A stretch of DNA of 55,382 bases, filler included, from Sphacelaria rigidula (lineage: Eukaryota), in NCBI GenBank assembly GCA_964200075.2. It is 6 parts of 6 records of this genome, joined end to end, with 100 filler letters (N's around TTAATTAATTAA, not from the genome) between each part and the next. Parts side by side here need not be neighbours in the genome. Positions count along the whole stretch, not along the records: positions 1 to 9,148 come from CAXNAA020009179.1; positions 9,249 to 18,395 come from CAXNAA020009180.1; 4 more parts are not named here. One strand, written 5' to 3'. The position numbers were made by a program, and so were the translations under genes. A model generated the notes under the pieces. The model was not told the DNA's origin. It did no database searches and saw only the letters and a program-made list of their open reading frames with translations. Below, piece by piece: positions 1-12,200 of the stretch; the first letter of the stretch is position 1; every line of letters starts with the position of its first letter.

Positions 1-1043
1 GGCGTAATTTGTTTGTCTCCGGCGGCGCCTCCTCATCAGTCGGGGGGGGGGGGGGGCGTTTACGCGACTCCGCTGCCAATTATCTACTTTCAACTGATTA
101 CTGCAACTGGTTGTAATTCATTGCAACCAGGGAACTGGTTAGCTAAAACAGTTCACAACTCAATAATATCCGGTAACGGTAAATGCGATTGCATTACTCG
201 AACCAATATCTGGGTGTTGTCGAGAATGATCTCAAGACTCTACCGAAGGTTTGGGTGCTCAGAGTATGAAAACTCGCACCCTGAACAAGTGTACCGAGTA
301 CAGTATGGAATTTATTGTCTATTGCAATAGTCGATTCTGTACACAGAACAGTTTTCGACATTGTAATCTCTTGTCCAGGGAGTGAAAATTTTCAGAATCC
401 CTTGCCCAACACAGCCTTCCGGAGCTACCCAAGAGTCGAGACGTGAATCACGACATGAAAAGGGAACGTGTGGACAAGATCATGACATAACGATGGACAC
501 CATGTGACATCGCGACCACAAGTGACCCAAGCCTTCTTCTTTTTTCCTATCTTCCCCTGTGTAAGATGAACCGCTCAAGATTGATTGATCGCGGTGTCAC
601 ATCCCACACAATGAGACCGGAAGAAAAAAAGTCAAGACACGTGGAACATAACGGGCAAATCACATACTCATACTTACGTGAGCAAAACGTAGTGATTTAC
701 GATACTATGACATCAGGAAAGGGATATCATTCCTCCACAGGAGGATCCGACTCAAGCAACACAATCTACACTAAAATGGAAATGCTGGGGAATCATTTTC
801 TTCTCCGAAGATCTGGCCTTCAGTGAATTTCGGACCGTTCGCGGACATTTCTCCGAAGATCTAGCCTACTTTGAAATTCAGACGATTCGCAGCCTATTGC
901 AACAAACGTATGGACATCGTACCCTCCAATACATCTCATTTTTGATGTACCACCAACAGCTACTCCTAATCAACACTCTCCCCGATTCTCCTCGACTCTG
1001 TGCTGTAGTCAGCCAGCGAAGCTGCATGGAAAAATAGACTGAC

Positions 1044-4000
1044 CTCCAACTTTCGGATCCTCTCTTCCTCCTCGCGCTGCCTAGCCATCCGCTCCGCGAG
1101 GGCCTTACCGGCGGCGGTTTGTTTTGGTTTCTTATCTTCCTCCTCATCTTTCTTGTCGCCGCCTCCTCCCTGTGCCGTGTGACGTGAAAAAAGACAGCAC
1201 GATTGAGAATAAAAGAAAAACACGAGATCCATTCGGCAGGGGAGTTGAAAAAAATGCTACTCCTAGAGGTGCAGACGTTTTTCATTATTGTTTTCGCACA
1301 TTAGTCCGATCTCTCGAACCCGTGGTCACAGACATAAGGTCGTCTTCCCAATACCGTCCCTGCTATTCCTTACGAGACACAGTCTCCTCGTCATTTTTCC
1401 GAGTCTAATTACAAAAACAAACATGATCAACCAAAATTTTACCAAAATGAAAATAAAAAAGAGACGCCAAGAAAAAATATGAAAAGTAGCTTTCCCGAGT
1501 TCAACGGGATGAAAAGGAAATGAAAAAAACAACTTCAGATCTGCTCAAAAGGGGAAAAAAAGCACATCAAAGAGAAAATATATGGGGTAAAAAACGGTTG
1601 GGGGGGGGGAGAAAAAACAGGTACACGGCAAAAACAAGAATCAGAAGTGGAAAACGATAGCCATCCATAAAATAAAATAAAACTATCATCGCGGAAACAA
1701 TACAACTTCTTGAGGAATTGAATCAACCCTTGGTAGTGGCGATGGAAAAGTGTGGATTTCGAGTTGCTGTTTTTTTAACGACATATGGTTGAGTATCTTG
1801 CAGCTTTCACGCACAACTATTAGCTCGACCCGTGTTTTTCAGGCCGTATATGAATGTGCCCCAGTACCGCACGGGACTCCGTATATAGAAGTTAGACACC
1901 TTGTGCCGTTTTTTTGTGTAGACTTGAGGGACGCAATTGCTGATTTTGGCTGTGTGCACAAACTTGAACAAACTTGACCCGTTGCGTCCCTCACTGGACA
2001 AAACAAATCTGACTGCACCGGGTTGACATTTTTGGTGCGCGCATGACGTATGCTGGTGGATTATTCTCTGGTCTTCCGCCGTAAAAATGGTTGCCATCGG
2101 TCTCTTCTGTTCCCATCTTTTCCTCCTTGTCGGGGGTTGAAATAATGATGCGTCTGGCCCGGGGACGGAAGTGGAGGGCTCCCAAAGGGTTGAAATACAG
2201 ACAAAGACGAAGACAAACATACGAAAGACGTACACTTGGATCACGAACGTACATATGAGTCCACCCTCTACAGTTGTCGTCATTTCCGTGCCTTTCCCTG
2301 CCCGACCGCAAAATTGGTTAGCCTGTTTGCCTCGCGTACTCAGTCATGCCCATACCTTTTTCTTTTTCTTTTTCTTCTTGTTGTCCTTCTTAGGCTCGTC
2401 CCCCGCGGCACCCATTTGCGCCAAATAAGCCGCGGCGGCAGCAGCTGGGTCCACCATGGGCGCAGCAGCCTTGGCAGTCTCAGGCTTCTTCTCCGTCGCC
2501 CCCTTGCCCTGGAAGAACCGCCGACGAGCACATTCAGCCTTTCATGAGCACGTGAAAGTCTTGAAATCTGTCGACTGTGTCCATTTCATGAAAATTAGCA
2601 TGATTTTTGCCATTGCTGAGTACATGAGTGTCAGGCCAGACTGTCGCCTCAGCTGTCCGGTCAGGCGCTGACAGGTTGAACAATTTTGCCTTGCAGGCAC
2701 GATTTTGATTGATTCATCGATTCGATTGGATGACGCATTGATTGATCGATTGTCGCAAATAAACTGATCTTCGAGGGATGTGATGTGACCTATTGATGTA
2801 TTCATGCCTTCATCATTATCCACAAGATAGATTTATGTATTCATGGTGAAACAAAACAAAAACGCTCGCTGAAGAAAAAATGAAATTAAACAAAACGGAG
2901 CGACGTACAGAGCAGACTGGTGAAAAACAGCACCACTTTTATAGACAAGAATAAAGAAGCAAACGTCGGGGATCGCCACTCCACAAGAACAAGGGGACAT
3001 CACCCTTTGAGACATGAAAAGTCCGCAAAGGGCATATATGGACGTAACTCAACACCTGCGCAGCCGGATAATCACAACAACGGCATCCGGCATGAGTTAC
3101 TCGCTGGTCCGGGGTGAATGCTAAGAAATTATGCTCTACTATTAATAGATACAGGACGCAAAACTGATTGGATACAAACATATTTGGTGCCAAAGCGATT
3201 CCCACGGGCAAACGAACAGTGTCAGATGGCCGGATTTTTGTTGCGTCCTTCGCCGTGGCGCTTGTAGTGAAAGTTTTCTCGGCCAATCAGGGGCCTTCAA
3301 ACTACTCTGAAATATCAAGTGCGAATTCCCAACTCAATTTGTACCCAACCTCATCACGAATAAAAGCTCAGCAACCGTTATCGGCTTTGGAATCTACCGC
3401 AAAAAACAGGTATCAAAACGGTTTGTGTGGGATCGAGTTATCTTCCTAAAACGTGATACTCCGGTGATGTGGGGTTTTGGCGTTGTCGAATCTCCATGCA
3501 AAATATGCATCGAAGACCCAGAAAGCCTCATGAGGTTTTTCTCGGACTCAGAGTACCACCCTCCCCCCCCTTCCCCCGAGCCCAAGTTAGGCTTGTGGAT
3601 AAGAATTGTACGTAGTGTCTCGACTGAAAGATATGCTACCTCTCATCCCACAAAAAGCACGCGATTTTGGGTAAATACTGGAGGAGCGATATAAGTCGCA
3701 TTTCCATGGGACAATCGATGCAGAAAGGGTGTGGCGAACTCGGGACACTGGCAGCTGGTGACACTGTAATCGAAAAATCAGGTCACCAATTGGGTGCTCT
3801 TCGTGTGTGTAGGGGTCAGGCGAATAACTAAGCGTGTGTGTAGACTGTTCAAGCACGCTACCCGGTATGCAGTACGCTCCCAGTAACATCATCAACCGAC
3901 ACCAAGGAAGGCATCGCTCGCTTCGATCTCCAATCCGCAAGGACAGACACAGCGTGCCCTAAGGATCAAGGGCCTTCGACATTCCAACCCAGGGGTTGTA

Positions 4001-6160
4001 CCCTCGACATTGCCTAGTAGCGTACATGATTGATCACCACATTAAAGGTATCACTGCGGCATGCTCAGGTGTTGCACAATGCCATGCCTCTTGGTGATTG
4101 ACAACAAAAAACAATGGGAGGGGGGGAAGAGAAAGGGGAGGGTCCAGAACTGGTCTGGGGATCGTTCCGTGTGCACCCTCAGGACCCGGCCCGGGTGGAT
4201 GAAACTCAAGCCGGCAAAGCACTAGCTCGGACAATAGCAATAGACCAAGAAGAAATTAATCTGCTTCCGAGCGGTCGTTTTCCACTCTCCCACTCCCACG
4301 ATCTGACACATAATCCTACAGAATATTCAACACATCCACTGTTATAGGCTGAAACTTACTCGGAGGAAGTCGGAAAAGACGACAAAGAAGGCGAGAAACA
4401 ATCTGAGCACACTGAAAAAAAAGGAGAGGTAGCACAAGAAAAGGAAAGGAAAGTGGAGGAGAACAGAAGAACTAGAGAACACGCTGGGCTACGACCTAGG
4501 ATTGGCTCAGAGAAAGAATCCCCTACAGATCCCCTCCCGCACGACTTTAGGAAATCCACCAACTTGAGAAGGAAAAAAAGACTGGGGCGTTGCCGAGGAA
4601 CACCCGCTTTTCCCCCCGACACCCACGGGTTTCTCGTATCGTACTGATGCTGCACGGTTAAAACGGTCAGCGGGTTGCCCGGTACATATACATAGCATCA
4701 GTCATCAAAAGCACAGAACCTCGCTTGATTTCTCACCGCGCCCTTCCCTTTGGCGGCACCGCCTTCGCCCTCGCCAAACTCGGCTAGCAGGGCGTCCAGG
4801 TCGTCGTCTTTGCTCGCTTCCCCCCCCTTGCCGCCGTTGGCGCCCTTTGCCTTCCCGCCCTTTGCCTTGCCCTGGATGAATTTGAAGACGCGGTTAGTTT
4901 ATTTTATTTTATGTGACAACACATGGAAGTAGGATGATAATAAGACAAATTTTGGCCATAACTTTTTTCTCTGGAAAACATCACTCGAGAAAAAACAACG
5001 AGCGCCGAAAATATGCCCTTGAAACGTGCTTGCTTGCTACTGTATCCTCCCACAGAAGGGAAGTCAGAAGGGATTATGTGCTTATACAATATCGCAACAA
5101 CAATCGCATGGAGTGGAAGCTTACACGTGGTTCATTTGTTTTCGCTTGTCTGCTTCCATGCTCAATCCACACGTCCAGTGCCAACTTCACAGAATCTGTG
5201 GCAAGCACAGGGGCAGTAAAGGTAAGGGTAAACATGCTACAATAATACCGCCATGCTGCTCTCACTAGTTTTTACACTCTGGATAATACCTGGTCGATAG
5301 TTGCATCAAGTATAGCCTGTTGCATTCATTGACAAAAGGCGCAGTAGACCATACTTTATGCTGCACTTTCCTGTTGCAAATATTAATGGCCAATTGATCA
5401 GGGTATGACACTTCATTCCCCTCTGTTCTGTGGTTTTGCCTGTAATATTTACTTTGTGTACGCCCAATGCGGGCTAAGACGGCTATATTACGTGGCAGAT
5501 AAGTCAAGTGTTCACGGAATAAATACATCGTCTAGCCCATCTGTCACCGAGGGGTGACGAGCTGAACAGATAATCGGCTGCCATGCAGGGCCAAGGCAAT
5601 TGCTCAGCTGCCTTATTTGTGAGCCAACTACACTCAAGTTCGACCATGTGTCGGAGTAGGTTTTGTACATGCAAACGATCCAATGCTGTTTGGCGAGGAA
5701 GGCCCCAACAGGAAGAGTAGACCTCGACAGGTATACAAATTTGAGCTGGATACCCACTCTTCACCAGGGCAATCTACGGGCAAGCCCGGCTACGAACCCA
5801 CTTAAATCGGGGGAAAATAATCTTGTCCAGCGGAGCGTACATGGCTTCATCAGCGTTCCGTACAAGAATCGAACCAGGCTCTCGAAGGGAGCAAACATTC
5901 GAACAAACGTCCAACACCTCGACCAAGGTGACGCCCGCGCTAGAGGTTTCTACTCGGGGCTCCATTCACAATCTAACCGGCCACATGTCTATCGCACGGG
6001 TGACGCACGAAGCCTGTTGCGCTGCTCGGTGTACAACCGTATGTGTGAAGAATTGCCAGATATAACTTACCTTGGCAGGAGCAGGTGCAGGCTTCGCAGC
6101 CGGAGCTCCCCCATCGGAGTCGCTCTCCGAGTCGCTCGACATTCCGGCAAAAGCGGGTGC
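1044..6160 (-). CDS. Partial multi-exon gene, probably the N-terminal charged region of translation initiation factor eIF5B; exons 6160-6071, 4871-4737, 2508-2356, 1169-1044
   Basis: Four CAG|exon|GT units of 90, 135, 153 and 126 nt splice in frame: APAFAGMSSDSESDSDGGAPAAKPAPAPAK / GKAKGG...SKDDDLDALLAEFGEGEGG... / ...DEPKKDNKKKKKKKK / ...KPKQTAAGKALAERMARQREEEERIRKLE. DDDLDALLAEF, poly-K and the onset of an E/R coiled coil resemble eIF5B N-termini. The GTPase domain and start codon were not found. Confidence 0.6.
1288..1410. repeat. Short interspersed repeat (CGCACATTAGTCCGATCTC.CGAACCCGTGGTCACAGAC family)
   Basis: A near-identical ~50-nt start recurs at 46083-46136, where the linker truncates it. 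Confidence 0.7.
1727..2189. mobile_element. Possible non-autonomous piggyBac-like element in an intron
   Basis: Ends TCAA|CCCTTGG ... CCAAAGGG|TTGA, i.e. short CCC/GGG termini with degenerate TTAA-like flanks. Confidence 0.35.
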
Positions 6161-9148
6161 CTGTTCATGCCAAAAATGCCGCCCATGATGACATACGTAC
6201 GAGGAAACATCGGGTAGGGAAATCGGGTCGTGTGAATCTCAGGTGGAATCTCCGGGCAAGTCGAACACAATTTGCACATTTTTCTCATTCTAATAATTTA
6301 CGCTTTTCCCCCTCTTCCTACTCTCGACGAGTCTGTCTTGTCATGTAATCAATCCAAGGTTGACTTCTGTAACATTTTAAATCTTGGATACGACCCAAGC
6401 TCGTCAAGTCTTCGACTGCGACCTGCCCCCCCCGCCCCGCCCCAGAGTGCCTGAGATATCCTGTGGTCAGTTCGGCCTCGGAACTGTTGTTTTTTTAGGA
6501 ACGCAGCACACCCATGTACATGAAACACATGGGTGTTGAGCATCTATACAAAAGTTCGAGCAGCAGCACCCTGACCAGTTTTGGACTGGGTGCAGTTGTG
6601 CTTTCGCGTAACCGATCCGGCATGTACATGTCTTCATGCATTGCATGTGGTGAACACTAGTTACCGCTACTGCCGACATATACGCAGATAACACACTGTG
6701 TGCCCATGATTTCGCACGCAGTCTTGTTGTCGGAGGAGTACTGGCACACATCGAGCACTTTCTCATATTGCGCACGTGTCATTTCTTCCCAGATGTATTC
6801 TGCTGTGACCGTGCTGCTTTCCCCCACTTGATGTATGGAAATTTTTGCTCATCAACCGCTGGATAAGACAGAAGCCAACACTATTAATATAATATACGTC
6901 AACGCTGTGCTGTGTGCTGTCTACTTCGCGTATTTCTGGAACATCGTTGCTTAGAGGTTTCCTACAAAAACATTACGGTGCAGTATGCAGCGTGCAGGCG
7001 TCATGACAGCACGAGAGAGGACAGGGAGGTCGCAAATACTGTGTAGAGGGCAGAAAACACTCCATGTTTTCGTGTGTTTAAATAACTGAGTGGTCGATAC
7101 ACATATGGTCATCAAACACAGCTTGACCGCCAAGTAGGCGACAAATGGGTGATTTGGAGGGGGACATGACGGATCACACGCCACTCACTGCATGAGCTAG
7201 GCAACCAGGTTACTGTTTTTTTTCGCGCTTGCATTTTTTTTTGCGGTAACCATGATGGTAGTCGAGCTAGATCATGTTGTGCGGCGTGGGAGAACTTCAA
7301 CTCCGCACAGTGGGGACGATCATACTACATAGTGTTCGAATGGTGGGACACCCATGAGGCAGTGTATAAGCAGCGACTGCCTCTGGAAGCGGCGATACCA
7401 GACAATAAAGCAACTCATTGTAGGTTGTCATCTAAATGCAAGATTATTAGTAGGCTCGGGCCGAACGATCTTAGCAGGATGCAGCTCACCCTTCATGCGA
7501 CTCGCTCAACACACCACAGCGCTTCGCGCTTGGTGATTGGTTGCGAGCCTGGTCCGGCGAGAACCCGGCGTGATCCGTCCCGGCTTTGCAGGGATGCGAG
7601 GTCAACGGTCTTACGACTATAGCATGCATGACCATGAGTACACGCCCCTTCCCTGTCTGAAAAAACCGGCCGATTGAAAACCCTGGACTGTGAGCCGGTG
7701 ATACTGTTCCGAGACGAAGCTGTCGGTGAAACGACCATACTCTTGACTGCGAAGCTTTCGGGAACGTTACTGCACGAGCATCGGCCTATCGTAACTCAAA
7801 ATGACCGCGACATGTCGGATTCAAAGCATTGACTTGTACTTGCTTCTAAAGTCAGGTTATGTCACTCATGTTCGCCGTGCGCAGTGAAGGCAAGCTACAG
7901 TATCTGCCACCATAGGACATCTGATGGTCCCATCTGTAACGAGCTCGTCTGCTCTTTGGACCCCGGTTTGGTGACGGTACATCGTCTTGAAAAATCTGGC
8001 TACTTGTGCCACACACAGTCTGCATGCGTTCAAAGTGGGTTGGTGGTCCAAAAGCCCACCTGGCACTCTACAGAATTGGCCGCCTTTCGACAGTAGCCTC
8101 GTGTGCCCATCAAATTACTGAAAAGCATGAGGCATCAACAGTACAGTGTGTACCGTGGAGTCATGTCTGCGAGACGACACGCGACAAGAGAATGCAGGTT
8201 TGCCTGAGTTTTGCAACGAGAAGGGCAGTGCCGTCGATCAGCAGTATCAAAAAGTCAACAAAATGAGCACAATACTTTATTACTGTACGCCCTGCGGGAT
8301 GTCATCAAAGTAACTTGTAGGCGACCTCTGACTGTATGCACAGTAATGCACTGGCGGCAGAGCTGTTTGCTTCATGCGACGAAGCCCACTGAGGGCCGGA
8401 CACGATAGACGCGGACAGCCAGTAAGAGACTACAGACGGTTCAGTTCAGTACACAGTACAGTATCATAAGCAGGAGAGCCCTCGAATGCAACCGTCTTAT
8501 TAAAGACACCATCCATAGGTCATAAAGGGAAGCTACAGAACTTGCGCACAGCGCATGTTCTGCACCACCGGTATACGTAATGAGCCCATGCACACACAGT
8601 TGATGGACAGGGGGTATCGCATCACAGAACTAGCCGTACTCTAGCCAGTGAGGTCAACGTACCTTCCGCGGCACATCCGAATCGCTGTCGTTGGAGGACA
8701 TGCTGGCTTGTTTAAGTTGGATGTTGATTGCTCCGATGGACCCACGTAGTACCTGCTTTGAAGCGCAATACCACCATGCAAGCCTCGCCCTTGGAAGGAG
8801 ACTCTGCTATCGTTGACGAACAAACGCTGATCTTTGACGAGCACGAGATTCCCTCGATTTGAGCGCGAGGCGGTTCGTAGGCCGGTTCGTGCGGTTGGGC
8901 GTCCTCGTTCTCAGTTGATTGCATATTTTTGTTTTCATTACCATCACAGATATTGCTGCTGTAACGAGAACCCGTTGGTCATGAACTAGCCCACGGACTC
9001 GGAACGATGAGAAAGTACCTCAAGTTTGAGCGCGGGCGCGCGCGGGGGGGGGCGGGGGGGGACGGGGGGGGGGGGGGTATGGATAGGTGTACCCCGGCTA
9101 AAACCGGCAAGTATAGGTCCTCGAAGGCAATAAGATAAGACATGCCGA

Positions 9149-9248
9149 NNNNNNNNNNNNNNNNNNNNNNNNNNNNNNNNNNNNNNNNNNNNTTAATTAA
9201 TTAANNNNNNNNNNNNNNNNNNNNNNNNNNNNNNNNNNNNNNNNNNNN
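9149..9248. other. Artificial 100-nt linker N44-TTAATTAATTAA-N44 (also 18396-18495, 27643-27742, 36890-36989, 46137-46236)
   Basis: Five identical copies spaced exactly 9247 nt apart; the 12-mer gives stop codons in all six frames. Confidence 0.98.
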
Positions 9249-12200
9249 GGTCGCGTCGTTACCATCTCGAGCACCGCGCAGCCCAGAGACCAGATGTCGA
9301 CACGACGGCCACACTTGCGCTTGAGCAGCATCTCAGGAGCCATGAAAAGAGGGGTGCCCTTCATGGACATTTCCACTCCCTCACCGCCGTTGTCGTCCTT
9401 GAGGACAAGCGCGCAACCGAAATCCGCTAGCTGAAAAAAAAAAACGATTGTGGGGAATGGCAAGCGGATACCGCATGGTGGTGATGAGTGTCCTGAGTAC
9501 CTCGAGCAACTTTAGGGCACGCCGATAGTTCAGGAGCAACATGGAGAGCGCGTACTCCCGTACACGACAGCACGGCAGGGTTGACATCGTTGCTAGCCGT
9601 TATACGTCAGCTTGGAATACGAAGTCGCTGAGATTCTCGAGCTCTCACTTAAGCGGCGGATGGGGGACGGCGACTGTGATCCCCTTGTGACGAATCAACA
9701 AGTTAGTGACATCGGCGAACGACCAAATACAGGACGGTCGATGCTTACGAGGCCGAGGCTTGCACCGATCGTAGAGTGCGACAGAATATCCATCGACGCG
9801 CGAGAAACCATGTACTTCCTTCGTCTCATAAATGTGAGCACTCATGGGCGTTCAATCGTTTTGGTATTTCGACGTTGACGATCATCTTATGGTTGGGTTT
9901 GTTAGAGAGGTGAAGCGCAGACGAAGCTGATGAAAAAAAAAAAATCTCATCACAAAAATATGATGTCTTGCGTAGGTCAACATCGCGGACATGTCCAATA
10001 TCAGTGGTGGTTTCGTGATTTTCACATTTTCTGGCCCATTTTTCGCGATTTTTTGTGTTCCCGGGTTTCTCATGCTTTCCCGAGATTACGAGGGAAAAAT
10101 GACCGTTTTCGGACCGACCTATGTTTCTCGCCCACGTTGTAGAAAAAATGTTGGTAGTAGCTAAAAAAACGCCGACGAATGCAATGAAGAGATCGAAAAT
10201 CAAACATCACACCGTTGAGAGCTCGTACAACCAGAAGTGCCAAGACTCATGAGACGGAGAAAGTACCCTTCGGAGTATATAATCTTGACCGTAACTGTTC
10301 AATACGGGAAAAATATTCCCCCATCACGTCTGTGTACCTTAACGTTCCCCCTGTCGTCCACGAGAATGTTCTTGGACTTGACATCGCGGTGAATCACTCG
10401 GTGGGCATGCAAGTAAGCCAGGCCCTCAAGGACCTGACCAGTGTACTTGCGGGTCATGGCATCGCTGAGCGCGCCGAATTGGTCCAGCAGAGAGTGCAGG
10501 GATCCGGCTGGCACCCACTCCTGGAATATACAAAGTTTTCGCTGGCTGTCTTGCAGCTCCGCTCCAAGGTACCCCACGATATGTGGGTGTACTAGCTTAT
10601 GCATAACCTGTCCGTTTTTCAAGTGTTCAAGGTACGTGTGCATTTATTTGAGGTAAGAGGATTGCAAGAAAAACATCCGCAAAAGGATTGGGATGACACA
10701 AACGCAGACCTTCACTAGTCATTCGATATGGCACAACGGAATGAAAGAACACAGGGACTCGGGACCGATAAACACCTACCCGTCGAGGGGAGCATTGATT
10801 GAGATCTTCCGTACCCTCACAAGTGACTACAGTATCCGAGTTCAAGTCAGGCAGGGTCCCCTGCTTGCGGTGCATCCGCACCGACAAGACTACAGTAGGG
10901 TCGTACAGCAGATACTGTCTCGAACCGATGACGTCAGTTTTCCTCCCAAGAACTTTACGGTACTGTTCCTGCCTGACAGTGGTCCCACGAGGAGACTGAG
11001 GGGCCGAGGTGTTTTCAGAAGTCGGAGGTGCTCCAGTTATGTACGGGAATAGCTTGATAAATCTTGAAATCGGCATGAATCACATGCCCACTGACAACCT
11101 CATTCTCTCTGTACTTGCCCGACCGTGGTGCCGGGTGCAAGTGCAAGGGTGTTTGATGTCACACCGGAGCGAAGCCGAAACACAGCAGTCCGGAGTCCGT
11201 GTAGGCTGGCCGACTGTGAAGGATCGATTGCATGAGTTGTCATCATACTGGCTTTTAGGACCCCACGCCAGATGCACACACGTCGCTCAACTGCTCAAGG
11301 TGTGCCGTGCACAAAACTCAGGGAGCCACGTTTAGTTCATGTTTGCTACGCAGCGGCAACATTCATCAGCATGACGCCATTATACACAATTGCGATAATT
11401 TGAACACGCAGAAAAAGACGACCGACGCATGAAGATGACGGGATGGTGCTTCACTTTTGTTCTGCCTGTGGGTTTACTGCAATGCCTGTAGGTACTGTAG
11501 GGCAACACAGGTTTCGCGTGAGGGGATAAAAAACATTGTGTGTTGTTGTCCCATCTACTCTAGACGCCAGTCTACATCTTTCGGTTTATGAGGGCGCACC
11601 AGCCGGGGTTACACATGGGGAAGGTCAACACAGGAGCTCTTTTTTCAGTTGTTCTTGATACCCCCACCTTTCTTGTGCTGTGCTTGCCTTTCTTTTTCAT
11701 CGCGAGTGGGGTTGAGCAACCCCTTTCCCTCGTTGGCCGGGGAGTCGAATTTTACTGTAAAAAAACATCAATCCGGAATACGCTCCGGCAGGGTGATATC
11801 GTGGCGACCGATCAACGTTCTGCTTTAGGACGGTTGCTTCGCTCCTGGTTTCTAGTTTTGCTTCATTGTGCTTCATGCTGTGACGGTCGACAAGAGAAAG
11901 GGGCTGCTGAACCCCCTCCGCGATAAAAAAAAAAAATCAAGGCAAACACCGCAGAAGGAAGGTGGGGTACGAAAACAAAAGGAAGGAAAAAAACTCCTGT
12001 GCTGGCATTCCTCCCGTGTGATCCCGGGTGATGAGCCCACATGTACCCGAAGGTTAAGACTGGCGTCCAGAATAGATGGGATGACAACACACACACAAGC
12101 GATGTCCTCACGAAACAGAACTTAAATTTGTAGCTTTTCGGAATAAATTCGTCCAAACCTGAAATTCAAGTATCGAAGTGGTACGCCACCAGGCGAGAGT

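Noticed and set aside
3430..4650. Possible retroelement remnant in the eIF5B-like intron
   Set aside because: No RT, RNaseH, integrase or terminal motifs that I could support.
5663..6217. 184-aa plus-strand ORF
   Set aside because: Overlaps a minus-strand exon in antisense; no recognisable domain.
8752..8960. Possible extra minus-strand exon (NICDGNENKNMQSTENEDAQPHEP...) of the eIF5B-like gene or the MAP3K tail
   Set aside because: No recognisable motif, ambiguous donor, and separated from the kinase by a synthetic linker.
9193..9204. Palindromic TTAATTAATTAA repeated five times at regular spacing (CRISPR-like or piggyBac-like)
   Set aside because: It is embedded in N runs at an exact 9247-nt period, so it is a synthetic linker.
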